Shown here: positions 25,354 through 39,053 of the stretch, piece after piece | Numbering within the stretch: the first letter of the stretch is position 1 | Layout of the letters: each line of letters starts with the position of its first letter | Assembly (NCBI GenBank): GCA_028534125.1 | Contig: CM052832.1 | Coordinates: forward strand, 5,954,001 to 6,018,000 | Reading direction: 5' to 3' | From: Lama glama | Lineage: Eukaryota | Length of the DNA: 64,000 nt | Made by a program: the position numbers and the translations under genes | Notes under the pieces: model-generated | Told to the model about the DNA's origin: nothing | Database searches by the model: none | Seen by the model: only the letters and a program-made list of their open reading frames with translations

Positions 25354-25810
25354 GTTTCCAGTGAGATCCACAGAACGCGATGGAAGTTCCAGACAGACTG
25401 CGGGAACGCACTTCAGGTGACCTCAGGGGTGGAAGATTCCATCGTCTGTCATTCAGCCATCCTGCTGTTTCACCTCTAGTCAATGACCCATCCCTTCCTC
25501 CCGCCTGAATGCAGGCATCACAGAAGGCAAGAGGAGGGTACAACGAATAGTTGCTATCTATTTACTTGGTGCCTGGCACTACGTCTACATTAGCTCTTTT
25601 AATGCCATCAGGTAGTTCCAAGTGACTAAAGTGACTTCTGCTATCTTCCAACATTAAAGGATGAAACGCTGACCCAGGCTAGCCTCACAGGTACTAAGGG
25701 GCATATTGGGATTTGAACCCGGGTCTGTGATTTTGTTTTTTTCAGTTTGCCATGTGACTTTCCTAATCTAAGAAAGAGTTGATCCATGTATGGAGTCATG
25801 GAGTCAATTC

Positions 25811-25945
25811 TTTTTCTTTTTTTTTGATGGTAGGAGGTAATTAGGTTTATTTATTATTATTTTTTTAAGTGGAGGCACTGGGGATTGAACCCAGGACCTC
25901 ATGCATGCTAGGCATGTGCTCTACCACTGAGCTATACCCTCCCCT
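25811..25945 (-). mobile_element. tRNA-derived SINE (Vic-1-like)
   Basis: Reverse complement of the same family; flanking near-duplication tggagtca(a/c)ttc. Confidence 0.88.
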
Positions 25946-26236
25946 GCTGGAGTCACTTCGTTGAGAACATTTCACATGTAACTTTCACCTTACCATCATA
26001 AAATGCTATGCAATAAACAGAGAAGTTATCATTTTCCCTTTTTTATCAAAGGAGAAATTGTCCAGATAGGAAGTGGCTTTTCCAAGGTCACGCCCCAAGT
26101 TATTGGAAAAAACAGACTCTTTGGACTCCTGATCCAGGGCTTTTTTTTTGACTGCTTTGCTCTGTCCCTGTCTTCCTTCCTGTCCTCGTTGGAGATGTGA
26201 AAGGACGGATCACTGTCTCTACTTACTGCCAAAAAA

Positions 26237-26292
26237 TTATATATATATAGATATAGATACAGATACGGATAGATAGAAAAATAGATAGATGG
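26237..26292. repeat. (TA)n/(GATA)n compound microsatellite
   Basis: tatatatatatagatatagatacagatacggatagatag... Confidence 0.85.
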
Positions 26293-26940
26293 ATATGGTG
26301 ATGCAGAGATAAGGGATCTAGGTTTAAACAACGTTTAAAAAAGTTTAACCTAAGTAGAATTGTCTTCAGAATTCCTTCATTCTTCATCCTGAATCATCCC
26401 CCTTGCTGGGCCCAGATGCTCAGGGGCTCACTTTGGATCCAGCCTAGAATCTCCCTCCTTGGACAGAGCTCCTTACTCTGAGGCAAACTTTCCCACATCA
26501 AGGACCTCCTTGCTCGCGTCTTAGCCTGTCCGAATTCCACTGACTGCCAAACAGTTAACGGACCAGACAAGCTGACCACGAGTCACGTGAAAGTGAATAA
26601 TAAGGGTTTGTGATTTAATCATCCTGGGTAAACGTACATTTTAACAGGGGTTTCCGAGAGGTAACCTCTCCAGCAGTAGGAAGTATAGGCACTGACCCAG
26701 GTCAGTAGGCAAAATTCGTGGGAGCAAGGATGCTCCGGGATCCAAACCACATCCACAGAGCCACCCACTCGTATGTTTAGGTAAGCTCTCTGTTTTCTCC
26801 AGGTGCTCAGTTTTTTAAACTTTAAACTGTTTTCATTGGTTCCCCTGAGCCTTGGCCAGCTTCTCTAAATCTCTTTTGAATTGGATGCTTTCTTCTTTAT
26901 GCAGATTTCAAGCAGCGCTAAAGAATGGATGGCTACTCAC

Positions 26941-27039
26941 ACTTGAAAGTAAACAGTAGCCAGGGAGGAAGCGTGCCGACGGCATCCATGCCAGGCACTG
27001 GGTAAAGGTGTGCCCGAGAACCTCCTACCCTGAGAGTCA
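26941..27039 (-). other. Candidate ADGRF2 5' exon
   Basis: ccccctttggctttgcag acceptor and AGT|gtgagt donor 99 bp apart; no recognisable protein match. Confidence 0.3.
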
Positions 27040-30000
27040 CTGCAAAGCCAAAGGGGGAATTTAATCTGACAGAGGCTGCCAAGATAAACTAGAAAGATTA
27101 TAAACGTATACAAAATTTGGAAAAGAATGCTAAGTAACAAGGTAGATCCAAATTATGGAGGCATTGCAGGACTTCTGGGACTTTGTATCATTTAGAAATA
27201 ATTTGAAGTACAGAAAAAAAGCACACTAAGCAAGTTTACTGATAGCACTTGAATACATAGTAGCAAAAACAAGACTGAAAGCAGTATCCTTGTCAAATAA
27301 TGTGTGTAGTAAATTATGATCAATCTATATAAAGGAATATTGCACAAACATTAAAAACAGTATTATATTAGCCTGAGGGTGCAGAATTATATCATATATT
27401 TAAATTGTATAATATTAATGGGGAGGTCAGTAAGATGCTGTATATTACGCACATCTATAGAAAAACACTCATGGGATTTCTCAGTTAAAGTGATTGATTG
27501 GAAATGAATCATAGAATATTTCCTCAACACAGACAAAATGTTGACAACCTAGGGGAAAAAAATTCACTAATTGCAACAAAGTGAGAAAAGAGGCAGGACT
27601 TAAGGGAATAACTTCAAAACTGTTAAAGGAAAGAAACAGAATTTTGAAGCGGAGTAGAATATAGACGCAGAGCGCCACTCTTAAATTTTGTCTTCCTTTT
27701 CTCTGCCCCCGTTAGCCCAGCTATAGAGCAGGAAAAAACCTTCAGGAAGTCTCATGAATACCCGGAAACCTAGGGAGAAACAAAACGTGAGAATCCATTT
27801 GCTTTTCCTCTTCTAACCGGAAAACTTTTAAACTGGATGTTGAGGATAGACTGGAAATAAAGACAGGAAACACAGAGGCTGAACCCGATGGAAATGATGT
27901 CTCCAGAGCTTTGCCCAGAGTCAAAGAATCTATGCAGAGCCCGACAACCTCTGCTGTTGGTATACACCACCCAGGACCCTTCCATGGGGATGAGGAGCCC
28001 CACGGGGGGAGGGTGGACTCAAAAAAGCTCATGGCCAAACAGGCAAGGAGTGAAGAGGAGAATGCTATTGAAGGTCAGGTTTACTGGACTGAGCAAAAGT
28101 TTCGGGAGGAAAATGCATGTGACAAAGGCAGCAGAGAAAAAGGCAATGTTGTTGTTTCCAGACAAAGCATCTGGGTGACTTTTGACAATGTTAGTCAAGA
28201 GAGGAGACACAGAAGGAAAAGCAAGTCTAGAAGTGAAGAGAAATAAATGAGACAGTTGAGCTGATATTTAGGTAGCACTAAGACTGAACATTTTCTCTCA
28301 AGATTTATATGTTTCCATTAATGCACATTTTCTCCCAACGTACTTCTGCCATCTTTCAGATAGCAACAGACTTCAGCATTTTTAAAAATAAAAGCCGCGT
28401 TATCATCATGACTAGGGAACATATTGGGGCATAATGCTTCATACTTCTTCAAAAGCATCCCAGAACTAGGTCATATCATTCATGTGGGTTACGACTCAGA
28501 AGCGGAACAGCCTAGCATAAAAATACGTAATAGTTGTAAAGTAAGTTTATAAGATCAAAATATATGTCAGTTCCATCACATAAGAATGATTTCTGAACAA
28601 TGGATGTCTATAAAAGCACTACATTTGAATATTTATATAATATAAATCCTCATAACCATGCTCATTGATGAGTAATAATTCTATCTTCTTTCTGAAATGA
28701 GACTATTAGAGTGAGAAGTTTTAAGAAGCACCCCCACTGGGATCAGCATAGCAGTGAGGGGATTAAAAATGTGGACCTCTTGACTCAGTGCCTTAATAAC
28801 TCCATTAAAATATGCATCCTTCTTCGACCAGAGCTTTTTCAATTAAATCACAAGTAAGAGTTTCAGACTACTTTTGAAATAATTTCATGATTTTGGGGGG
28901 TGAACTTTAGTTCCATCTTATTTGATATTTGATATTTTCTCATTTTATCACATTTATGAAAATAATTTTTCATAACTCATGTATATGGAAGATGTGAATA
29001 ATTCTTATCATATAAGTAGAAAGAAAAAAGTGTCCTCAAATAGATCTTCAAAAAAATGTAATTAAAAAAGGTTTTAATTGAATAAAGTAAAAAAGAAATG
29101 GAAATAAGGAGCCATCTAACTTCTAAACCTGAAAGAGTGTGTCTACCCCGTTCAGTCCTGAGTACTGGGGAAAAAAAACACCTTTCGTCTTGTGGGTTCT
29201 TACAATTCACGTTCTTTCTTAATACTTCGTGCCTTTTCTCTGTAATCACTTTAATTCTTGCTGGAATGGAGCTTCCCAGACTTCTTTAATGAAGATCTCT
29301 GAGTGGTCCATTCTCTTAATCTTTGAGCGTCTGAAACGACTGTTATTTCGCTCTTACTCTGGATGATGAAGTGAGTAGATGGGTCAGGGCATCCATGTTT
29401 CTTTTCAAAGGGCGATTTGTTTACAGTTTGGTCCTTGGGCAAGAAGAGACTTTGGCACCCAAAAAAGCCATTTCAAAACTGGCTTTCGCAGGATGAGATC
29501 CCAGAAGGAGGACAGCCACCATGGAGAACTAAGGCACAGAGGTTTCGGGTGGAAGCGACAGAGCATCTCAGAGGCACAGCCCGCATTTTGGAGGGAAGCA
29601 AGGCCTTCTGGGTACATCGATGGAGGAAGAATCGACCTTCAAACCCAAGTTTAGGAAGACTCCACAGAGACCACGACACTCTACAAAGCGGCACACACAC
29701 ATCTAGCGGACGTCAGACTGAGTCGGTGCAGGTAACTGAACCCAACTAGCACCCGTGATGGAAAGTCTGCCCACACGAGGTAAACTCACTGACTTTCAGT
29801 TATTTAAACTAAGCCTCCTTTGATCAGTTCAGCATTTGCTCCTTCTTTTCCTCTTCCTTCTTTCCCAGGGATGATATCCTGGCATCGGGAGAGGGGCATG
29901 CAAGGATGTGAGTCCAGCCACACCAGCTTCTGCCAAGATGCACAAGCCCCGCTGGCCTTCGGGCCTCGGCGCTCAGCCCCAGTTTGTCCACACCGAAACA

Positions 30001-31089
30001 TCTGTGTCCCGTGCTCCTCTCTGGTAGCCAGGGCCACAGGGATCACACTGACCATTTTCTCGATGGCCAAAGACTGTCCAGATCAAGTTCAGCCTCTGCA
30101 ACTTCCCAAGGGTGTGGGGAACTGCTTCTCCATCTCTGTGAGGTCTTCCTCCTCTCCCTTGCTACTCTGATGCTTTCAGGAATCACAGACTTCCTCTCTC
30201 CTAGAGTCCAGTTCTTGCGACCGGAAGCCCAGTTCTCCTTTTGGAACCAGCTGGAAACATGTCATCATGAAGCCGTTTTTGCATCAGTGTCATGTATCCC
30301 CTGCCTGCCCTCCAATACTGTCCATCCAGAGCACAGAGGCTCCTTGGTCATTGGCAACCCAATGCCCACAGAGGTGACAGGACCTCCTGTGGGTGACTCA
30401 GGGTGCCAGGAGGACAGCAATCTGAGACCTATGGCATGAGGGACCATCACAAAAGGTCTCCACACCCAAGCTTGCCTAGCAGTGCCAGTGCCACTCTCTA
30501 CCAGCTACAGGACAACTTGAGACAGCTTAAGACTCAGAATTTTTGCCCAATCCTTGGCAAGAAGCAACCCCTTCAAAGGGAAGATAGAATTTCCTACAAG
30601 ACAACGGTGAGGGGAGGTATGACTCAGAGTCCGCTCACCGATTTAGAGAATTTCTTTATGGAAATGCAAAATTATAAGGACCAGATGCGTGTTATGGCGT
30701 AAAACATATACCTGCTACAACCAGAACGCTATGCCTAGAACTGACCTACGTGTATGATGTTTATTCACAGACACGATTTAATGCACAGCATCTCGTAAGG
30801 CCTGCTTTGACATGGACAGAGCTTTTGTTTTTGCTTTTAAATAGATTTAATTTGGATTTTGCTATACACAACCTTCAAGCTAACAAAGAATCCATCATTC
30901 CATTCTTTTAAGACAATGACATAATTTGAAAAGTAGTTATAAAAAGAAATAATAGCTTTGGCTTATCAAGAGGTATTCTCAAATGTAGCCGCTTAGGACA
31001 CAATTTGCATTTCTCTTGGAGGATACACTGGACACGTTATTATTATTGTTGCTGTTGGTGTTAATCATTTTGCCTGGCTGACCCCTCAC

Positions 31090-31300
31090 CCCACCCACAC
31101 TCCTTTGGAAACCGCCGATGTCTTCCATATTCACTGTGCCGGGAGCAGTTTTGAACGATGTGCCTCCCAGAGCTGACTGGTTTAAGGGATGATGACTGAC
31201 CAAGCTGGGCCAACCAGTCCTCATCCCAGGAATTTTCAAACTTCAACAGAAGGAATGAAATGGGACTCGCTGTCTCCTAGAGAAGCTGAAAAGGCAGCCT
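31090..31300 (+). mobile_element. Old MLT1-like LTR fragment
   Basis: tgaccaagctgggccaaccagtcctcatcccaggaatttt motif typical of old MaLR LTRs. Confidence 0.5.
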
Positions 31301-32709
31301 TAGCAGTGATTTCCAACCCATGACACCTTAGCATTCCCAGAGGAGCTTTTCTTCCTTTAATCACCAATGTCTGGACCTTACTCTAGAGCCACGGAATCAG
31401 AATTTCTGGCGCTAAGGCTCAGACACTAATGTTTTCCCTTAAGCTTTTGATTTTGAATAACTTCACTGCTACTGAAAATGTGAAAGAATAGCACCGTGAA
31501 CACCTATACACCCCTACGCCTAGATTGCACTAATTATTGACATTTAGAGATGAACGGGGTTTTTAAAACTCCCCAGGCGCTGTTCGTATACAGAATTGAG
31601 AACCATCATCATGAAAGAAAAACAGCCCCAAATGAAGCAGATACACCAAGCAAGACAAAGATTAAAAAGAGCATCCTGGTGACACTCAGGAGCCTGCATT
31701 TCATGCCCCCTGGTTCTTTGAGACACCCCAGTGTCATCATCATCAAATCACCTTCACCATCGGGGCTTAAAGTGCTGTGACTTAGGAACTTGCTTGTTGC
31801 AATCCAAAGATTCAGGAATAACATGCAGAGGAGAGAAAATTTGTAGGAGAACATTTAAATAACCCAAATAGATGTGAGGTCCACACAAACCTCACTGTTT
31901 AATCTGCAAGTTTACTCTAGAGGGAAATTCAAAGGATAAAAGTTTTTTAAGCAAAACTGAACTTTGAAAAGTCACACTCAACAAATACAAAAAGAATCCT
32001 TCAGGCAAAGGAAGGCATTGAGCATAAGCATCGATTCCAACAATACTTTAAGAAATGACATGAAAGACATTTGAGTATCCTTCCACCCCCTCCCCCACAG
32101 CAAAAGAATAACTCAGTACAAACAAGTTTATGAGCCAAGAGGAATCTCCCCAAAGTTCATATTCCTCCTGAGAAAGTCTGATCTGAGAAAAAACACATCC
32201 AGGCTCAAGAATTCTTAATGCCATAGGTTAGTTCTTGGAAGTGTGAGATTTTTTTAATGTGTGTGAAGGTGTAAACATAGTCCTCTGTGTTCAAGGAGAC
32301 TTTAAAGCTGGTGATGATTTGATAATAAGTCATAAATGTAGATAAAACATTACAAAGTTTGATGAGGGAAAATAATGATAAAAAAAAGTTTATTAAGTTT
32401 CTGTATTTGTACTTAATCACTCTGAGGTCATCCAAAAAAGAACATAACTCCTTTAAAGATTCCAGTTTCCTGGACTCTGATATTTGCATGGGATCAGAGA
32501 AGCAGACAGTAATAAATAAAAACAAAAATATTTTCATATTGGACTAGTGCTCTTACTAAATTATGTGAAGTGACTCCCAGTTACCATTTGATTAATGAAG
32601 CCTCAAATTACAAAGCCTCGAAAGTGTAGACTCATAATCAGCTGCTCCTCTCTGAAATTCCTCCCCGGAGGAAGTCCTTGGAGGAGGAGGAGGGCACGGG
32701 ACTACTCAC

Positions 32710-33015
32710 CGTGGGTAGCCAACGACAAAGTCACTGGCAAATTCGCTCTGCTCCCTGGCAGCTGGGGACGCGGGTGTCAGCGGCTTTCCTCTGCCATGTC
32801 TTGCAGCGAGTCAGCCTCCTGGACTCCTGTGTCTCCAAGCGGCCAAGTACGCCGCAGAGGAAGGTTCCCCAGGCTGAGGCAGCCGGGCTGGGTCCTGCCC
32901 TGGCAAGGGCAGCCTGCCTCAGACAGCGGGGCCCTGCAGCCTGACAGGCAAGTCCTGCTTGGGAGTTGCTCCCGCGGTGGGAGGGGCACAGTGCCGGAGA
33001 GTGGATGAGTCACAC
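32710..33015 (-). promoter_or_regulatory. Candidate upstream promoter / first exon of ADGRF2
   Basis: Locally GC/CpG-rich, ends in a consensus donor ACG|gtgagt at 32710; AP-1 motif TGAGTCA at 33006-33012. Confidence 0.3.
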
Positions 33016-33359
33016 ACGAGGTGACACACACAGACTCTCACAGAGTCAAGGCTTCCCTTTCTGGCAAGGGATCCAAGACGGTAGTGGTGGCACAAGCTCT
33101 GTGGCTCTTGGTCATAGCTATTAGCATCCGTACAGATCTGCCTAAGCCTGAAACTGGGACTGGAGAACTCCAGTGCCTGTGCTTGGGGCTCTCCCTTGGG
33201 CTGGCTTTCTGGTCACCGGGATTACGGTAGTAGGGTTCTCTGACTGTCTCTGGCTGTCCCTAGTCTGAACGTCAAGGTTCAAGGTGGCTCTGCCATTCCT
33301 AACCTCCTTGTGGTTGGATAGGGTCACACAGGTTGTTCCACCATGGGGACCAGCAGTTC

Positions 33360-33525
33360 AGAATGGTGGCTACTTCATCCACGGGGGTTCCTGAGCGACT
33401 GTGACTAGCAGGGGCCCTGCTGACCTGTGATGGACATGAGCAGAAGATGAGTCTTTCTTGTTTTTAGTTGCTGAAATTTGGGAGCTATTTGTTACCTCAG
33501 CATAGCCTAGCCTCTGCTGACAACG
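33360..33525 (+). mobile_element. 3' end of an old MLT1 LTR
   Basis: ctgaaatttggg...ttgttacctcagcatagcctagcc terminal motif. Confidence 0.6.
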
Positions 33526-35614
33526 GTTAGAAGACAGAATGGACAGTGATGTATCTTTCTAACTTTGCAACACTCACAAATCCTTTCCAATTTTTTCTTT
33601 TTCTTTTTTTTTTTTAGCATTCATGGACTTTCCAGCATCCCCAAGCAAGCCCATGTTTCAAAAGCCACACTCACACAGATCTAAGGTGTGGCATTTTTCA
33701 AAACTCTCATTAAGATGTTCCTGTGACACAGTGAGAGGCACTCCTTGTTTTCAACCCATGATTCCTCATCCTCATTTTGCTTCCTGGATTGCTCTGGATC
33801 CTCTAGGGGACGACCAGAGATCTGAGAATTCCCTTGGGGCTGAAATCCACTCATCAGATGGGAAAAATCCAATATTTTGTTGAGCATATACTATACACCC
33901 AGTGCCCCATATATTCGTGAATATATTGGCTTAATGTAAAATTTCACCCCTGATCTCTCAGAGCTCACAGTCTAGTTGGGAAAAGAAGAAACAAATGTGA
34001 AAAATGTACCAAAGCCTTTCTGGCTAAGAGCTGATGCTCTAAGTCCAAAGCAGGGAAGGTTGAAGGAGGCCACTCCATGGAGCCTTCAGGGCTGGGCTGG
34101 GCCTAGAGGGACACCTCCAATTTATACCAATGAGCAAGGTTTGGGCAACTGGAAAGACTGAGGCTTGTTTTTAGGTCATTTGTTCAGTAAATTTCTCTTG
34201 AGCATCTGCTAGAGACCCGGAAGGTAGAAGACGGAGGTTATCCAAGCCCAACCTCACACCCAGCACGAAGGAGGAAACCAGCTGGGCTGTTTTTACTGGA
34301 GACTCTCAGCTTTTGAAAAGGCAAGTACTGGCCTAAGTTAAATAAAGCAGAGCTCTCCCACGTGGTTCCAGTCTCTTCACCAGTCGCTCCCTGGCTCACA
34401 TGTTGCGTTCTGGTAATGCCTTATGGCAGTGTTCATCACGTTGTTCCCAGTCTCCAAAACTCCAAGCCAACTGCCTTTCTCGAGGAGGTCTCCGTCCTGG
34501 AGGACCCACCTTTTGCATACATTTCCCTTCTCACTAATTCTGTAATGTTGGAATCGGAATCTTCTCCTCTGCAGTCATCTTCACCAGGGTTGCGACCTAA
34601 CCTGTCTCGTTCATCTTGCTCTGGCTTGCAAATGAGATCGCATTCCTTTTCCTTTCCATTGGCCTCCCCTGCAGCCTGAAAGGTCTCCGCCCATCTCCAC
34701 CCACAGCTTCACCTGGCTGACTCACTCATTCTTGTCCTCAGCTGTCCGATGGTCCATGAGGACCCTGGCCCGGGTGCTCCCTTCGCACCACCATGCTATG
34801 TGGTACACCAGACCAGCACTACCTCATCAGTGAGGTTTCAGTTCAAATGTCATCTCCCCAGAGAAGTGTCCCCTGATCCAGTAGTCATTACTTACCTACC
34901 CAGGGTCCCTCTGTCTTCATTCTTGCCAAAAAAAACCCCCAAATCTGATGATTCATCATTGTTTTGAACCAACTGTGGAAACAGGGGTCCTGTTTGCTGT
35001 CACTGAATTAGATGTAGGCAGATGACCGTTCGTGTTCAATAAGTCTTTGGGAGAAGTCTGTGCAGAAAGAAGCGAGCCTCTAGGAAGGACTTTTTCCTGA
35101 TGAAGTGCACTTCAACCATCCTTCAAAGTGCATGACTTCAAATTCAAATCAGTCCCTGGTACCTTCTTCTGCCTTCTGGAAGTGAGGGGAGAGGGAAGAA
35201 GAGGGGAAGGTAAGAGTTACGCCAGGACTGATATGGGAACTAAAGCTTCTGAGCTTTCTGAATTTTCAAGGATGAAAAGAAGTCAAGGATTCCTGGACCC
35301 AAGAGTCTTGGAAGGATCCAAAGAAACCTTGACAAGTAACCCAATATTCAAAATTGAAAGGCAACTTGGTAGGATCGGTGGCCTCCCTTCTGACAAGATA
35401 CAATGAAACTTGTTTTCTACCTAAGAGCAACACTTCACTCTTGATAGCTGCCCAAAAGACCACCTGAAAAATCCACTGATCAAGCAATGCTACGTCTTAC
35501 CCCCATTATACACAGTGAGAGAACACCGTCCTGACGGTCTTCATAGGTTTCAAAGGAGGGAAGTCAGGGCAGGATATCCATAGGGTTTTTAGGTCTTAAA
35601 AACTGGAGAACTGA

Positions 35615-35780
35615 AGGACCTACTATACAGCAAAGGAAACTATATTCAATTTCTTGTAATAGCATATAATGGAAAATAATCTTAAAAATATATATGTATG
35701 CATATGTATAAATGAAGTGCTTTGCTATACACCTGAAACTAATGTTGTAAATCAACTACACTTCAATAAAAAAAACATTT
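35615..35780 (+). mobile_element. Short 5'-truncated L1 3' end
   Basis: L1 terminal motif ctatacacctgaaact...ttgtaaatcaactacacttcaataaaa; 19-bp TSD ttaaaaactgg(a/g)gaactga. Confidence 0.85.
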
Positions 35781-36413
35781 TTAAAAACTGGGGAACTGAT
35801 TGGAATTGCGCAGAGTTTATGGGCTAATGGCTTGGCTGTGGGCAAGGTCAAGGTCGAGGTCACCAACAAGTCTTATAGAGCAAGTGGTCATTCAGGCTGT
35901 TTTACATGGTTCAGGGCTCATCCTCCAGGAATAAATATTTCCTGGAGAGCAAGGCCTTCATCTATTTTTGCATGTTTTCTGAGCTGTTTTGCATTGGGAC
36001 AAGAAAGAATGCTCAGGTCCAGCATTGTTTAACACAGGGAAGTACATTGGCTCCTCAGCCACCAGGAAAACTGACGTGTTCTGTTCTAAAATTTACCCTG
36101 GTTTTCATTTCCAGGCTCTGCCTCTTCTTTGCCCAGCCCTCACCTGTCCTCAACTGCGTTGTTTAGGTCGTCAATAACCTCATTTCCCATCCTAATCACT
36201 AAATAAGCTTTCAAGCTCAAATTTGATCTGCAGGCGATCTTATTATCTTTCCCTTGCAGTGTTATTCTCCACCCCAGAATGAACCAGCCGGCCAACTCCA
36301 AGAGTCCAGTTGCTGGAAGGACTGTGATGGTGAATTACTCCCAGGGGCCAAGGGTTTCTTTTTCATTGTGTTCATCAATTTACCTCAAGCCACTTCCCTT
36401 TCAGCTGAGTTCC

Positions 36414-37046
36414 TGTTGTTGACGGAAATCATCAATAAACAATCTATAAAAAGAATAGAAAAGAATTTTATTCGAGCCAAACTGAGGACTACAGCCCAGG
36501 AGAACGAGATTCAAGAAGCACTTGAACTGTGTCCGGCTGGACTGCAACATGGGGGAGGCTTATACAGGCAAAAGCCATAAAGTTACATAAATTGTTGAGA
36601 ATTAGGTTTGAGCTGGCAAGATGTCAGGGTGCTTGTTAAGCAAGGATTGGGGTCAGAAATGGTGACATAGGTACAAGGGAGACCTTGAGACCGTAACGTT
36701 GCAACTGGCAGCTGCTAGCAGATATTGTTTTGAGAAGGGCTGGTGGCGTCCTTGAGTCTGATACAGGTTAGAAAATTCAAGTTCTCAGTGATACAGAAAT
36801 ATGTCTACAACCACATCCACAATGGCCACACAACTCCGCTTTGGATGCATGAACCACGGTTACTCCATTTTGATCTTTCAATGCGTTCTCTTCTTTAGTG
36901 GTTAAAGCGGATGTACCATGCAAGTGTGACAGGGCATAAGGCAGGCCGTTCTGGTTGGCATAGAGTTCAGATCATATCACGGAAAAGCCAGAATGACTTC
37001 ACCATGCCTCCATTTCCATCACTGTGTGGTTTAATACTTACTACCA
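36414..37046 (-). mobile_element. Probable ERV1-class solo LTR (antisense; ends approximate)
   Basis: Starts tgttgttgacgg...ttttattcgagcc (antisense poly(A) signal), resembles artiodactyl ERV1 LTRs; possible TSD ttcc/ctcc. Confidence 0.55.
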
Positions 37047-38624
37047 CTCCAAGTCTATTTCACTTCCAGATGCACCTCCAAGCAGGTGTATTCAGTGTGG
37101 ACGCTGCTCTCCTGCTGGGGCTGTGGGTTTAGTTCTCAGGGGACGGCCTCTAGGCACACTTACTTTTCTGCCTCTGCAGGAGTTGGTGGCTTGTAGGTAG
37201 ACACCGCTGACTGTGGAGGACGTCTCTAGGATTAGACAACACTCACCCTCTAAAGAGGGGAAACCACCAACTGTTCATGCACGTAGCATCAGGGACAGTG
37301 AGGGGTATAACTAAACACTCTGATTTGTACCTGTATATAGAATGTTGTACAGCTCTTAAAATTCAGGTTCCAGATTTTTCAGTTGGAAAAGAAAAAAAAC
37401 AGGTAGATCCAAAGATGTGGTGAAATTGACTTAAGGTCCCTGAGATGGGAAACGCAAGCCCAGGAGCGAATCCGGATCTCAACCCTTGTCTCCCAGTATA
37501 AGAGTGGAGAAAAAACCACTCTCTAGTGAATAAAAATACTGAAAGGCAGCCTTTCCTTTGCCCCTTGTATTGTCTCTAGATCCTGTCTTAGAAAACTGTA
37601 TTTTACAAGAAAAAGAAGACTTAGTTCTTATTGGTTCAATTTAGTGCCACCCAGTCCCCTAGGAAGTCTGAAAATGGTATCCATTAATAGGTTGTAGAGG
37701 CACATGAAATCCTTAAAACTGTACCAAAACCGTGTGTAGGTGTGCATGAGCACACTCTTCTGGGGCAAAAGAACTGTTCCAGGATTCTCAAAGCATAAAG
37801 ACTCACTGCACCAGAACCTGATTTCCTAAATGACACATTTATGCTGCCTCCATCACTTACCAGAGATGTGACCTTGGCAGGTTATTTAGTCTCCTTTCTT
37901 CCGCCTGCTCCTCTGTAGAAGGGGGTGTGGCCGATGGCTCTTTGTCCACCTAATATTTATTCTCCCTTTTCCCCATTAACAAGTGTAGGTTTTTTTTTTT
38001 TTCGGAGATGTAAGGTGCTAGGTGATAATATACACCTCCCGACAGACCGTTGCCATGAGGGCTGGGGATACGACCAAGTTCTGGTGCTTCACATGTCAGG
38101 CATCAAAGTGCTCTATACCAGCTTGTGGATCGAATCTGTCCTCAGACAGGTCTAGAAAACCAATGAGGTAGGATTTCTAGAAGACAATGAGACTCAGGAA
38201 CCCAATGCCTCACGATAAAGAACTCATCCTAATGGGAGAAAAATTCACAGTGAGATGGAAAAGCTTAGTCCAGGACAATGCATCAGGGTCAGAAGGGATT
38301 TTGAGGAGAGGACACTGGCTCGTTCCAGTGGACTCAGGTCTCACGGTCCTCTTCCTGCCTCACCATGGATTTGTGGTAACGTCATCCACAGCTAGCATCA
38401 CCGTAGAATTGATCATCCACGGAAACTGGGCTATCCCGGGTAACCTGGGGTGTAGGAGCATCTACTCCCAGTCCATGTAGATTGATAATAAGAGCGATGT
38501 GGGAAGAATAAGTTGGTGCAACTTAATTTACAAGACTTTGGTCATATACATCAAAAGCACTGAAAATGTTCATACCATTAACTTAGCTGGGAACACCGCC
38601 CATGAGAAACTTAGCTTTATTTGA

Positions 38625-38640
38625 CTGCCATCTAGTGGTC
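38625..38640. promoter_or_regulatory. CTCF consensus motif
   Basis: ctgccatctagtggtc (reverse: GACCACTAGATGGCAG) closely matches the CTCF core motif. Confidence 0.55.
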
Positions 38641-39053
38641 ATTTCATCTCTGTAGGGAAGCTAAGTAAGGTTTTTGTTTTTCATGTCTTTGCTGAAAAGC
38701 CATGAAAATCACTTAAGTTTGCAAAGATGTACATTAAGAAACAAAGACTGTTCTCCTAAATCTTAACTTATGTGTGACCATGTCACATGGAGAAATCTAA
38801 ATAGACTATAAGATCACAGAAATGGACTTTGTAAATTACTTATCTCTTTCACTGATAGGAAAAATCTGATACTCAGAGAAATATAAAGGATTGCCAAGAA
38901 TGCTCCCTACACGATATCTACATAGGGAGAGCATATGATCAAGAGCACAAGATTCAAAATTGACCTGCTTAGGTTTAATTCCATCCCTTATTAACTGAGT
39001 GGCCTTGGCCAAGTTACTTAACCTCTCTGAGCCCATTTCCTCATACGTGAAAG

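Noticed and set aside
24748..25543. Long ORFs spanning the N gaps (also 51178-51817)
   Set aside because: Artefacts of translating N as X.
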